Part shown: piece after piece, positions 12,650-26,700 of the stretch
How the letters are laid out: every line of letters begins with the position of its first letter
Position numbering within the stretch: the stretch's first letter is position 1
Assembly: GCF_009914755.1 (NCBI RefSeq)
Contig: NC_060937.1
DNA length: 64,000 bases
Direction: 5' to 3' (one strand)
From: the human T2T-CHM13v2.0 reference genome, Homo sapiens
The notes under the pieces: model-generated
Database searches by the model: none
What the model was told of the DNA's origin: nothing
What the model saw: the letters and a program-made list of their open reading frames with translations, nothing else
Made by a program: the position numbers and the translations under genes

Positions 12650-13105
12650 GACAGTCATTAAGAACACGTTTCTTGGATTCAAATAGTAGAGCAGTGCTTC
12701 TCAAAGAGGGCAGTTGTGTACATTGGAGGCATCAGACAATGTCCCAAGGTATTTTTTGTTGTTGTTCCAGTGTCAGAGTGTGCTACTAGCATCTAGTGGG
12801 TAGAGGCAAAGGATGCTGCTAAACATGCCACATTTCACGTAACAGTCTCTGACAACAAAAAGTTATCAGGTCTAACATATCAATAGTGCTCAGGTTGAGA
12901 AACCCTGGTGGATTGCAATATTGGGTCTGCCTTTCCTAACCTAGATTATTAGCCTGCTTCAAAGGTTTTCTGATCCTTGCTTTTATGCATTTTCAAAAAG
13001 GGGTATTTTCCATTATTATAAGGTAGTTGGGAAGATTATGTGGGGTATTGTGTGCTATCCATTTAATACCATGCCAGAAACAAAGTTTAGAAAATGATTA
13101 TTATT
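12650..13105 (+). mobile_element. MIR interrupted by MER20
   Basis: ttaagaacacg..ttggattcaaa on the left; ggtctgcctttcct..gtagttgggaagatt..ccatttaataccatgcc on the right. Confidence 0.45.
12692..12907 (+). mobile_element. MER20 (hAT-Charlie non-autonomous DNA transposon)
   Basis: TIRs CAGTGCTTCTCAA / TTGAGAAACCCTG; internal tgctactagcatctagtgggtagaggc..ggatgctgctaaacat. Confidence 0.92.
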
Positions 13106-15401
13106 GATATGGGCCACTAATCAATCCCTGACATATTTAATGTAAATTATTTTACTATCTCAATGAAATTGATGGTATATTAAATATTTTCAAAATCAGT
13201 TATATTTTAATTAGCTTTATACATAATATCCTTATTCGTGCAAATAATCAATAACTTGTGAATTATTTTTATTTTTCAAAATATTTGCTAAATATATTTT
13301 AATATTTAAAAATTTAATAAATGTATAGGGGCTCTATTTGATGATCAGAACCAATAACAGGAAAATTAAAATTATGCTTATGTTTATAATTTTTCTATGC
13401 ATCAGTACACACAAGCATATTTGTGTGCATGTTTATGTGTATATAAATATATGTGCATATATAATAACTATATTAATCTCTTCATCTGAGACAATATATC
13501 GTTTTTATTCCATGTGTTATTTAATAAAAATAAAATTTTCTACCTTGTCTTTAATATGCAAAAATTAATTATCTCTGAAGTTATCTGTGCCTCCTACACT
13601 ATCCCCAGAAATTTAGATGTTTTCTTTTAAAAGGGAAATAAGTTGAAATTGTAAATTGAAAAATCTATACTGTTTCTATATATGTGGCTGGGTATGTTTG
13701 CATGGGTGTGTGTGTGTCTGGATATATATATATATATATGTAGGGCTGAGAATATTTTAATTCTGACAGTAGAAATAAAGCAATAGATATAGTAGGTGTT
13801 TAAAGGCCTGATTTCAATAAGGTGTTTTAACTTTATACACACTGCTAGGCATGGAAATAGACATTCAGTTTTTCTTTCTCTCTTCTTTCCTGCCTTTTTG
13901 TGATCAATTCCACAGAATTATATTAATTGCCTAAAGGCAAGTTTGGCCTCTGATGGCACAATTACACAGAGCTTAGTAATGTACTGTTTCTACTCTCTAA
14001 GAGGATACGATGTGGCATGCACCCTGACAGATCAGGCAAATGCAGCACATGAACTGAGAAAATAGCCAGTGGATGATGTGACAAGTAATGTCCAAATGCT
14101 ACCAGAGCATCACAAAGCTACTGATTCTGCCTGTGAGGGTACAGAAAAGCTTCCAGGAAACTGGAGAGCTGAGGAATGTAGCCTAGAAGTGTTTTAATTT
14201 AATTATACATTTAAAAATAACTAAAAGAATTTAATTTCCCACTGTTCAATTTTGGTAACTGAATTTCTAGAAAAGACCAATGTAGCCATTTTCTGAAATA
14301 GAAATCTGACTCTCACAGAAACATATTTTGGTTTGTTAATAAAAGATCTATGTATTATCAGTAGGGTAGGTGCCATACCAACCCTCCCCCACAAAAACTG
14401 AGCTTCTGTCAAATATAGGGACTCTCCTACTATTAAAAAGAAAACAAAGAAACAAACTCTGCTAGAGCAAAAATCCAAGACTACACAAACTGAATTAATT
14501 ACTGCTTTAGATTTACTGTTTAATAATTGAAGTTGGTGCAAGCAAATAGGACAAAATTGAGCACAAGCATATTCAAGAAGAAAAGAGTGCACTTAGAGGG
14601 AAATACAATCTCTCAGAGAGCACTCTATAGCAGTATCTGACTTCAGGAACCGAATACAGGTGAGTGCCTTAAGGTTATTGCCCTGCTCCTAAGGCAGATC
14701 TGAGCCGGTTGACTAGACTTAGGTATATTTTGTCACAAAGGAAAGAAAGTGAAAGGAAAAATTTTTTTAAAAGCCAGAAACCCTCTATTGTTAAAGCATT
14801 CTTTTCCTATGACCACGTATTTCTCCTAATTTGTAGTAGTTCCTGGCTTTTAAGGGTTCTAAACTATGCTTTTTGCCTCTGCATCACTTTCCAATGAAAT
14901 CATCTAATTTAATTTCCTCTCAGGGCATTCTGACAAGACTGGGGTCTATTATGAAAGACATAAAGTAGAAATATTTGTCATGTGACTTGTTCTCTTTTCC
15001 TGTTAAACCTGCTCTAATGGGCTAACTGAAACTAATACCTGTACAAGCATCCCCTGGGCACAATTGCACCTTTTCTTTCTTCAAACCCACTAGTTTCTTG
15101 TTAGCTTCATGCATTTCTTTGTCTGGGTTCTCTTTTTATTTTTCTGTGACTTACTCATTGTTATAGTACTTCTTTGCCTCCTTTCTCTATTTTTTTCTTA
15201 TATGCTCACCATGTTTTGCCTTTCATGGCTATTGTTTCCTTCAAAAACAAAACAAAAACTTCTTTAATGTCTTTATTTTCTTTTTCCCTTCTAACCCATT
15301 TTTGTCTTTTAAAATTGTTTCTGTAACTCTCTTTCCATTCTGTGACTTAATCCTGTTTTCATATTCTATAATTCATTCTTTTTAACACCCCTACTTTATT
15401 T

Positions 15402-15645
15402 TCACTTATAGTGTGGGCACTAAACAATGGGTACACACTGATATTAAGATGGAAACAGTAGATACTGGGGACTCCAAAAGCAGGGAGGAAAGGGGAAGAC
15501 AAGGGTTGAAAATCTACCTGTTAGGTACTATGTTCATCATTTGAGTGATGGGTTCACTAGAAGCCCAAACCTAGGCATTAGATAATATATCCATGCAACA
15601 TATCTGCACATATACCCCCTGAATCTAAAATTAAAAAAATAAATA
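15402..15645 (+). mobile_element. L1 3' end (old L1PA/L1PB-like) with A tail
   Basis: gatactggggactccaaaag..agggttgaaaatctacctgttaggtactatgttca..ccccctgaatctaaaattaaaaaaataaa. Confidence 0.88.
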
Positions 15646-16257
15646 CTTTATAATATTCTCCACCTTCGATGTTTCCATTACTTTATGTTTGTTATTACAT
15701 TGCTTTACCTATACTGCTCTTTTATTTTGTGTAGCCCTGTCCATTGTTTATTGCTATCAATAAAGAAGGCAAAATGAATTATAAATAATTTGTTGACTGA
15801 TATTTATTTGCTTCCGCTACCCTATCATCTTGACCACTGCTCGCCTATATTTTGAATGGAATGATCATAAGCTGCTAAGGTTTCTTGGACTCAGATAATG
15901 TGAGTGATAATTTAATCCAATGATCATAATAAATATAATAAATTCCCTTTGTTGCTAAAAAAGAAAATATTCCACATAATAGTTAAGTTGTTAAATCAAA
16001 CATGTTTAACACTCATATATGGATCAGAACATTTTAGTTACAGTATAGATACAAAAAATTGAAATCTGGATTAAGCCTATTAAAATATATACTATTGCCT
16101 CTTGCAATAGTATAAGACTTTCTCTTGAGGTCTAGAGTTATGATTACTACTTTTATTTTAAATAATTGCTTGATAATGTTAAGGCTTCATTTTGTAACAT
16201 GCCATTGTGCTGTCAGATTTACAAGTACATAGAAATGTAAATATTTATGTATATGTA

Positions 16258-17565
16258 TGATAACAGCAGGAGGCAGACAAATTCATAGGCAGATAGAGGC
16301 GGGTCCCCAGTGAAACCTGACCTTCAAGCCTAACACAGCTTGAAGCCTGAAAACAGGGCTTCCAGTTCCAGGTAGAATTCACAATCCAGAATAAGAACTT
16401 CCTGATGCCTTTCAGTCAATCAAATGCTGCTATTTCCAGGCCCACCCATGGACCAATCAGCATGCACTTTCTCCATTCTGAGCCCATAAAAACCCTGATG
16501 GACTCAGCCACACCTCAGGACTATTGCCCCAGGGTAGGAGCTACCCACTTTGGGTCTCCTCTCTACTGAGAGCTGTTCTGTCATTTAATAAAACTGTTTC
16601 TGCCTTGCTCACCCTCCAGTTGTCCCTGTAACCTCGTTCTTTCTGGATGTGGGACAAGAACTCAGGACTCGCCAAGTTGTGGGCACAAAAAGGGTTGTAA
16701 CCCTTTCCTGGCTGGATTGCCACACTGTAGATGGGGGCAAAAGGGTTGTAACATATTCCTGGCCAGCTCACCAAGCTGCAGGCAGTGACGTGAAGAGCAC
16801 TGACCCTTCTGGGATCCCAGATCTTGGGATATCCAGAGTCAAAGATGTAACATTATACCCTTCTACCGTTTGCCCGCCATGGGCAGCCACTCCACGTGAT
16901 AGGAAGTGGGGGCGGGGCTGGGCCAGCCCAGGAGCCATGAGCCTGAGTGAGGCAGCAGAACTGAAGGAGCTAAAGCAGGCACCCCCGCCCCCGCCTACCT
17001 GGCAAAGTTGCGAGCAGCCGGAAGGAAAGAGCTGTAGTATATACCACCACCCCCCTAGTATACCACCACCCCTCAACCCGGCCCCCACCGCTAACAAAGC
17101 TGCCGGCTGCAGGAATGAGAGAGTGGTAGAACGACACCCCCGTCTCACTCCTTGGGACTCCTCAGTTGCTGGCGGCTCCAAGTTTTCAGGAGCCACGGTG
17201 TTCCCCTCTTCCAGATGCTAGTGCCAACAGTGGAAGCAGCTTGCGATATGCCTAGTCCACCTACAGCCTCTTACCGAGCTGGCACCTGTATCAGCGCCTG
17301 GAGCTGCCGGCTCCGCCGGAGGCAGCCGGTGCACTGGGCTGTGCGCAGTGGCTGGACTTTGCACTCACCCACTCACACACCCCTCACTGCTCCACGCCTG
17401 GCTCAGCCTCCACCGAAACGGGATCCCGGCCAGAAGCACGAGCCTAGTGCATCCTGATGAGCTGAGTGGGCGAAATTAGCACAACGAGTGCAAGCAAAAC
17501 TCAAGCAGAGGTGCTGCCAGCCACAGAGTTTTCCAGCTAGCTAAGTGACACCCAAGGGATCCTGT

Positions 17566-17569
<4 letters not shown>
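16258..17569 (+). mobile_element. solo ERV1 LTR of the LTR27/LTR28/LTR1/MER52 (HUERS-P-related) group
   Basis: TG...CA termini (TGATAACAGCAGGAGGCAGACAAA ... GGATCCTGTGACA); CCAATCAG, CATAAAAA, AATAAA at ~16587; GC-rich 3' part; flanks TGTA/TATA. Confidence 0.85.
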
Positions 17570-17609
<40 letters not shown>

Positions 17610-17735
17610 ATGTACATATAGAGATATATAGGTTAAATACATATATGTGTATATATACATATATCATACAATATATATTATATATACATATATACTATAT
17701 ACTATATATTGTGTGTGTGTATATATATGTATATC
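17570..17735. repeat. (TA)n-rich microsatellite
   Basis: Pure TA run followed by degenerate TA/TG. Confidence 0.95.
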
Positions 17736-18058
17736 AAAGCAAATAGCTTTATGCAGATAGGTGGTACAAGATCTTATTCAGTAACAAGAGGTTGAGACAT
17801 AATACGAGGAAAATATCATGGGATATGGAAAATTAAGACTTGTGTTTGACACACAAAATCAACTATTCATTAGTTACTGGGCAAAAGTATGTATTTTCTA
17901 AGTGGAAGTTTATAAAAATTGTACAATATTTTAAAAATTTAAATGAAAGTAAATAATGTAAAGCATTATACCTTTTAAAATGTAATGCATGATGTAAATT
18001 ATTATCACTAATAACAGAAGAAGAAAACAAACATTTAAGAATGTTTACTTAAGATACA

Positions 18059-18355
18059 GGCCAGGCGTGGTGGCTCACAACTGTAATCCCAGCACTTAGG
18101 GAGGCCCAGGAGGGTGGATCACTTGAGGTCAGGAGTTTGCGACCAACCTGGCCAACATGGGGAAACCCTGTCTCTACTAAAAAGATAAAAATTAGCCTGG
18201 TGTAGTGGCACACACCTGTAATCCCAGCTACTCGGGAGGCTGAGGCAGGAGAATCACTTGAACCTGGAGGTGGAGGTTGCAGTGAGTTGAGATTGCACCA
18301 CTGCACTCCAGCCTAGGTGAAAAAACAAGACTCTGTCTCAAAAAAAAAAAAAAAA
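18059..18355 (+). mobile_element. AluSx-like
   Basis: Full dimer with poly(A); TSD aagata(c/t)a. Confidence 0.97.
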
Positions 18356-20720
18356 AGATATAATCATATGTTATAATCATATTATAGAATTAAAGACCTG
18401 TCATTATTGTGTGGGTTTTTACCATGGAATGATTGAAAGAATTATGAAAAGGCTATGTGTGCTCTGGAAAAGCGTGTATTTGGTTTATTTGTATTACGTT
18501 AATAATACTCATCTGCTAAAAAGAATGTCGGAAAAATCAAATTGCTTGAGGGACTTTAGCCAGATTGGTGAAAAAATTTAGATTATTGTTGCTCATGAGT
18601 ACTAGAAAGCATTATGCAAATATGGAACAGGTTATAAAAGCACTTATTTTTCAAACTATCAAAGGTTTTTAAAATTAATGTCTTAGCAGAAACCAAACTA
18701 TCATATCATGTTGACAAAGTTTATATAATATGACTTTTCTGAAACTCAATCTTTAAATTACTGTTACATTTTGGAAACTCTTTAACAGTGCATGAAATGT
18801 TTGAAATAACCTAAATGCATTTTTACTCGCTTTCACATTGTCTTATTGGATATAATTTGCATCATTTTCCACAATAACTAATGTATTATTATTTACCCAT
18901 AGGGAAAATGTTTACTAGGCCCTGAATAGTGCCTTGAGCTCCACAGAGCAAATGAAAAATTAGACTATGTAATAACTTCATGGTAATTGAATCTTGGTCT
19001 TTACCTCAAGTGTACAAAAACTTTCAACTGCCCTGAAATTTTGTAAGTTAGTTGTTGAAACTTCTTCTGGTTGTTTTGGGAAATTTCTTGTCATTTGTTA
19101 CCCAAAGCACTGCAAAGATCTGAAGTCTACATATTGCTAAGGCATTAGATGGGATCTTTAATAATTTCATCACTCCGCATTGGCTTATTGCCAAAATAAC
19201 CATTACTTTTGTCTACACGGTGTCTTCAACCCTCTGATTCTGTGTCTTCCATATCATCCTTGGAACCTGTGATTTATTAATGAGGCTTGAAATTCCTCTT
19301 TATGGGATTGACTTTTTCGTCACATGAAACAAACCCAGTGGACACTTCCTCTCAGTAAGTGATATCCCAGAGGTTTTATTTAAATCGTTTGCACAAACAT
19401 CTTCTGAGGGAAGGAAGGCAGAGCTAATTATCCCTTCTGATGATGGATAAAGAGAGAATCACAAAGTAATAGCTGAAACTTGATGCCCTCACATATCCTT
19501 TTATTTTGAAAACAGAGATCAAGCATGCTGCACTGAGTAGTAACATAATATTGGCAAAAGAGCTATATCTCCATTCTATTCACTTCCATAAACATCTTTT
19601 CAAGTTAGAATTTCTGCTGTAATATTTGTGAGGACATCTGGGAGCAGAAAGAGAGATGAAACAGTATGCTGGGACAAGAGGGTATGGCCGTTGACTCAGA
19701 GCTTATATTTAGTAAATTAGCTGTGGATTAATGATGATATAGCTAATGACTAGTAATCACAAGTACTAATCTATGTTCAATATCCATAGCATTTTGGTAT
19801 GTAATGTAAATATAAGCTAGCTGTGATTTTAGAGACAAAAGTTTAATAATAAAATAATAAAATATTGCTCAGTTGCTGTCCTAATACTGTAACTTCTACA
19901 TTCACGAGAATCTTATTGATTCTAGTTGAGCTCCTATGCTGAGTTATATTGTGGTATACCTGACCTTATTCACTGTACTTTGGAAGCAGCCATCTTGGAA
20001 GGGTGGAATGGAAGGAGCTGTAAACTCTCTGCTAGAGATCCCTATATTTGCACAGTAGCTCTAGTTCCCCAAGAGACCACTGTTTTGGGGATAGTTATAT
20101 GGTGATGTACCTTAAAAGAATGCTTGCTTTTTTGTTTATTCCCTAAGAAAAGTCTTTTTTTTTCATGTTCTCAGAAACCACCTTGTATTTTCCAGCATTT
20201 GAAGTATGTAGGCAAAATGAGTTACCAAAAAATGTACTGATAAATTTTGGGCAAGAAATTAAATTTCTGCACTTCTTTTCTAACAGATTTTGAGAGTATT
20301 TTTAAAGTTATTTTGTTGCAAAATCATACTGTGTTGATGTAAATATAGTATAGGTTATGATAAAATCCTGTAGTAAAGCATAAGTTTGTTATAACCATTA
20401 ATATTATACTAGCACTGAAAAAATAAGGCTACATAGTCAGAAATAATACATTTATTTGTATACTGGTAAATACTAGGCTACAAAACTCTGTATAAGCAAA
20501 TACTGTAATTTATTTGAGTAATGATGGTAAGTAGAAAGCAGGACATAATGTACAACAAATTTGAATGAATTCCTATGTAGCACATGCGGACAAGGTAAAT
20601 ATGAGTAAAATTTCATACAAAGCAGGCAAGAAAGCAGAATAAATTTCAACAAATTCTTGTATAGTTAACCTCAGTACATGTAGACAAACAAATATTTCAG
20701 TAAAAAGTGTTCTAATGCGG

Positions 20721-21050
<330 letters not shown>

Positions 21051-21561
21051 CTAATGACATAACTAAGTATTCAGTAAAAGTAAATAATATGAATTATTAG
21101 TTTACTAGCAGAAATAAAAATATATGCATTAATGTTTATTAATGACAGGTATTAAGGAAGGTCATAGCTTTACAATAATCAGCTATAAGATCCATTCCAA
21201 AACTATTTCAAAGATTTCAGTCTTCACTTTAAAATCAAATAAATAATTTCAGCAAAGCCAACTCACCATACAATTAAAGTCAAAAACCAAAGTTGTACAG
21301 CAGCCTTTCTAGTCAATTAATTTTATAGCAGAAGGGGATTCTGCCCACTCTTAGAAAGGTCTCACAGAATGACCTGCAGTCCAGCTTTCTCAGAACTACT
21401 ACTCCACCTTAAACTCCTTCTTTCAGCATCCAGGACTGTGGAACTAGTTAGTAGGGAGAGAGTATGCATGATTGATCAGACTCAGCATAGATGTTTGCAT
21501 TCATAACAAAAAGCCATTTGATGTGACATACTTTGTGCCTTTTTTCTCCTAAGTAGGAAGT

Positions 21562-21952
21562 TTTCTTAGTCTGTTTTTTGTTGCTACGAAGGAACATCTG
21601 AGACTGGATAATTTATAAAGATAAAAGGTTTATTTGGCTCATGATTCTAGTGGCTGAAACATTGAAGATTGGGACTCTGTATCTTATGGTAGAAGGCAAA
21701 TGGGAGTTGGTGTATACAAAGCTCACATGGGAGAGAGGAAGTAAGAGAGAATGGGGAGGTGCCAGGCTCTTTTTAACAATCTTCTTTCGTGGGAACTAGT
21801 AGAGTGAGAACTCATCACTGAGAAAAGGCATTAATCTATTCATAAGGGATCCAATCCCATGATCCATACACCTCCCATTAGGCCTCATCTCCAACATTGG
21901 GGATCAACTTTCAATATGAGTTTTGGAGGAGACAAACATGCAAATCATAGTA
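21562..21952 (-). mobile_element. MaLR LTR (MSTB-like)
   Basis: cttagtctgttt..ctgagactggataatttataaag..cacctcccattaggcc..ccaacattggggatca. Confidence 0.9.
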
Positions 21953-22135
21953 GAGGTAATTCCATTTTTTATGATTGCAAATTGTGTACTTAAATTGACA
22001 TTCACAATTTGACTTTTTTGACACATTTCCTGTCTCAGATTTTAAAAATCTTCAAACATCTGGGTTAAATATGTAATGACCCAGTGCTTAGAGGAAATTA
22101 TACATTATTTTCTTCTCCACAAGAAATAGCAAATT

Positions 22136-22452
22136 ATGAACATACACTGGGGAAAGGACAGTCTTTTCAATAAATGGTACCAGAAAAACTGAATATCCAC
22201 ATGCAGAAAAATAAAACTAGATCCCTATATCTCACCATGTATAAAAGTCAATTCAAAATAGGTTAAAGTTTTAAATATAAGACCTGAAACTATGAAACTA
22301 CTAGAAGAAAACATTGCGGAAATGCTTGAGGATATTGGTTTGGGCAAAGATTTTTGGAGTAAAACCTCAAAAGCACAGACAACAAAAGCAAAAATAGTCA
22401 AATGAGATTACATCAACTTAAAAAGCTTCTGCTCAGCAAAGGAAACAATCAG
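22136..22452 (+). mobile_element. L1 ORF2 internal fragment (L1MA-like)
   Basis: ggggaaaggacagtcttttcaataaatgg..ctagaagaaaac..aaaagcttctgctcagcaaaggaaacaatc. Confidence 0.92.
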
Positions 22453-24185
22453 TGTACGTAAGCTTGCAATTCTGTGTTACTTATATTCTAATAAAATGGA
22501 GGATTTAGTAATGTACATATGACTGCCGCTGCTGTCATATTCCTGTTGCTAGAAACACAGAGAATGGAGTTAAGGAGCCACTAACCCAGGGATTCTACAA
22601 AGGATTCGAGTGATGTTTATTCCATCAATTTACATGAATTATTTGTCTTATCCTTCTTTATTTTTCTATAATACTTGCCTAAGATAGATGATCCGTGAGT
22701 GGCAGTCACTTCATTGCTAACATTATCTTTCAATTTGCACAAGCACATATTCATTTTCTTCCCTTTTCACAACTCTGTGCACTTTACAATAAACATCTTT
22801 TAATTTTTTGCATCTTCATTGCTCAAAGTCAAGGTTAGAAGAGACCCTAAACTGTTCTGTATCAACAGCCTCCACCAAATAAACTAAATGGCATTTTCAT
22901 TCACTGTGATTGTTAGTACTGACACTCAGTAAATACGTTCTAAATAAATAAAATAAGCTCTTCCATTTTAAAACAGCTCCCATGCTGGGCATTCTACCTG
23001 AGCATCCTGCTAGTTGCAGAGAGCCCAGCTGTTACTACTACTAATCTGTTACCTACAGGCATAGAGAATTAGCTCTGCTGAATTCTTACATCTGACCAGG
23101 CCCTAAACCATGGTTATATTCATGAGCAGTAGCTGTGTAAATATTTATATTGAGAAAAATTTAACTGTCCTGCCCTGCAACATTAGAGAAAATGGAGTCA
23201 TATTTCATTATCCTTCTCATTGTAAGGCTTGGGCTTTCACTAAATGTGTGCCAAAAGAGTGGAAGAATCTTACAGTATTTGTATAATTGTTAATTCTAAA
23301 ATGTGTGTTATATAATAAGAATATTAAACTACTTTCCGCTTGTTTATTTCAAATATTAGCAGCTGGTTAAACTTATTTCACTTGACATGTCAGGTAATTG
23401 ATAATAGAACACATCTTCTACTGTGAAAAAAATAATACCACCTCACATGTTTGTTATTCATTGAGTTCTGGGCAGAATTGAGCAGATTGTTATGGGTGAT
23501 CTATAGGAGGTAAGGTTGGAGTAATCGGAGACTGCCAAGCTTTTTTGGCAGAATGGTTTTTTTTTTTTTTTTAAATAAAGTACTATTCCACAAGTATTTC
23601 ATGAGAATTCACTAAGTGCAGCAAACTGGGTTAAATATTTTAGGGGTATAGACAGAATAATGGCACTCATATTGCAATAATTATAACTAAGCTAGAGTTA
23701 TAAAGATTAAAAATCACCTATGAATAGATAAGAAAAGATGAGATGAACAAGTTGGTTGGAGAACCTTCACAGGAAAGCAAGTTTTGAATTAATTTCTGTT
23801 GGAAAGGATGGGAAAGAATTGTCAGAGACGTGGAAAAAGACATTTTGTCTGGAGCAATAGCATGAAGGGCATTCCAGGACATAAAAAGTTTTAGAAGACC
23901 GATTTACACAGAAGCATATTTTCTGGTAGATATGCTTTGATAAAATATTCACTAAAAAGTTTATATGTTCCCTAAATTTAGCTATCTCTTATTTTGCAGC
24001 AAATTATTTGTCAATATGTCTTGTTCTATTCTTACCAAATCACATTAATATTTTACTGATCACTTCAAAGAATGAAAGTAGCACCTCCTTTACTGGAAAT
24101 AAGAGCAAATTTTACCCATTAAATAGCATAATACTAGCTAAAAGAAGCAATAAATTTTGTGGGTACATTTGTGTGTAAAGGAAGC

Positions 24186-24816
24186 TGTTGGGGCTCAGAA
24201 AACAATACTCCAAATATGGCACCTTGACATGCTTAGTACTTTGAACTTAAAGAGATCAGTGTCAGATGCAAGGTCTCTCTAATCTTTCATCCTCCTGTTT
24301 CCTGTCCCCCTTTCTTCTCCGGAAGAAAGTGCAAGTCATAGAAACCAGCATTGCTCTTCTCCAAGGCGGGTCATGGAAACTAGAACTCCTTTCCCCCAAC
24401 GCAAGCCACATATAACCTAGAAAGGTCATTTTTTCCCTTTCTTTTCTCCCTTGAAAACCTTCATTCCAGAGGAGTCCTGCTGCTTGCCTGGGAATAAGGA
24501 ATGCTACACAGAGAGGCCAAGAGTCTGAACAATTAGGACTTGACGAGTTTCTCTGCTCAGTCTATTACCATTAGATGACACTCTTTGTCCAGTTACATTT
24601 CTACATGGCTGTTCATTCTTCATTGAATCTAAGCATAAAAATCCTTTTCCCTGTGTCTTTGGGTCTTCATTTCTAAAGACTCTCATGTTACGTAAAACTT
24701 TGATTAAATTAATTTGCTATGCTTTTCTCATTAACCTGTTTTTTGTTATAGGACTGTTGGCTGCGACAGTTTGGACACTTAGGTAAGAAAAGGTGTCACA
24801 CTTTTCTGCCTCTGCA
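24186..24816 (+). mobile_element. solo ERV1 LTR (MER34/MER39-like)
   Basis: Starts TGTTGGGGCTCAGAAAAC, ends TCTGCA; perfect TSD AAGC (24182-85 / 24817-20). Confidence 0.88.
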
Positions 24817-24974
24817 AAGCCGACTGAATATAGGAGAGTTATAAGAGAAACCAAAATCCCATAATTTGGGTGAGTGAAAACTAAATTATCAATATAGCTT
24901 TTAAGCACCTTAGTATCTGTTATTGAATGTGTCTAGCAAAATAAACTTAATCAACAGGTAATACTTAAAATAAG

Positions 24975-25110
24975 TAAACATCAAATATTAATATCAAGTT
25001 TTGGTTTTTATTAACATTAATATTTGATGTTTATTAATTAATATTGATTAATATTAATATAATATTAATATTAATAGTTGATGTTTAGTAATTAAAATTA
25101 ATATTTTATC
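24975..25110. repeat. AT-rich low-complexity region with an 18-bp inverted repeat
   Basis: taaacatcaaatattaat (24975-24992) / attaatatttgatgttta (25016-25033), then ATTAAT-rich tract. Confidence 0.8.
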
Positions 25111-25467
25111 ATATCAAACACATGTTGCAATTAATGATAATATGAATATTCTAAGACATAAACAGGTAAAGATTACACAACAAAAATTCCAAAAGAAAAC
25201 CGTGTAATGACGAATAAGCGTATAAGACATTTGCAATACCAAGAGTAATCTAAAATATCCAAGTAAAATTAAAATGAGAATTTTCACTTACCAAATAGCT
25301 GGATATTTTTTAAAATGATGATACTCAGAAGTAAATAAATTATGAACGGAATGCCTATATGAAGCGGGTGGGAAGGTTTAATCTGCAGGTTCTTTCAGCT
25401 GATGCTAATAGAAAACAACTAACAAAGTCTAACAGATAAGTATTGTTGTGTATCATGAAACAGCCTT

Positions 25468-25828
<361 letters not shown>

Positions 25829-25949
25829 TCACCCACTAGGAACTTCAGTCTGTCTACTTTTTTTTCACTAGACATATCTTTTAGCTTCATTTTTGGCTTC
25901 AAGATCGCAAACGGATATAGCAGAATTTTGTAGCTGTATAGTTCGTTTT

Positions 25950-26700
25950 CTTATCACTAAGTAATAGCTAATTTGTTTTTATGATGTTTAATTTACAAAA
26001 ACAGAATTCTATTTGTCTTCCAGTCTTGCTATTTTTACTCAATATTGTGTTAAATTTTACTTCAGATACATCTAGTTGTAGAGTATAGTAATTCATTCAT
26101 TTTACTATGTGTTTCACTACCGACCTTCTCATTTAGATGTCCATTTATCCTTATCTCTCTTTTACACATTTTAATCCCTTTATTTATCTGTACTTTCTTC
26201 TTAATAATATTCTTAGCCCCTTCTTTTAGATTATTAATTCTCTCTTTACCTTAGTCCAAATATGTGGTTGAATCCATCACATGAGACTTCAATTTTATTT
26301 ATTTTACTTTTATTGCTAAAGATCTTGTTTTTATAACATTGCTTACTATTTACTCACATTTTCAATTCTTCTTTATCATTTTCAGTATATTAAATGTTTA
26401 ATTTATATTCTGAGACTGATCATCACAGTGTTTGATGTTTTACTGTCCCAATTTTCCTCACTATTATTTACAATTTTTATGTCTGACTTTTGATAGGGAA
26501 ATTCTTTTTTATCTTGAAATTGTGCCTAATGGATTTCAGGTCTTAGAATGGAGGTATTTATCACATAGGGTTTGCTTGTGTTTTTATTAGCTGCCTAGTG
26601 GACCACTTCTTCTGGAGTCCCGATAAAATAAATTCTGATATTGAGACTGTTAAACCACAGTAATAGTGTTTATTTATGCTACAAACCCACAGGAGAATGA
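25950..26700 (-). mobile_element. old L1 (L1ME-like) fragments
   Basis: T-rich degenerate antisense L1-like text (ttattaattctctctttacc..tgttgaatccatc..tttatattctgagactgat). Confidence 0.4.

Noticed and set aside
14221-14592. 123-aa minus-strand ORF
   Set aside because: Non-ATG start, T-rich hydrophobic composition typical of chance ORFs, no domain or splice support
14657-14665. Consensus splice donor CAG|GTGAGT
   Set aside because: No convincing upstream acceptor or reading frame; expected by chance in 64 kb
16541-17457. 190-aa and 142-aa ORFs
   Set aside because: Inside a GC-rich solo LTR, with low-complexity Pro/Gly/Ala content
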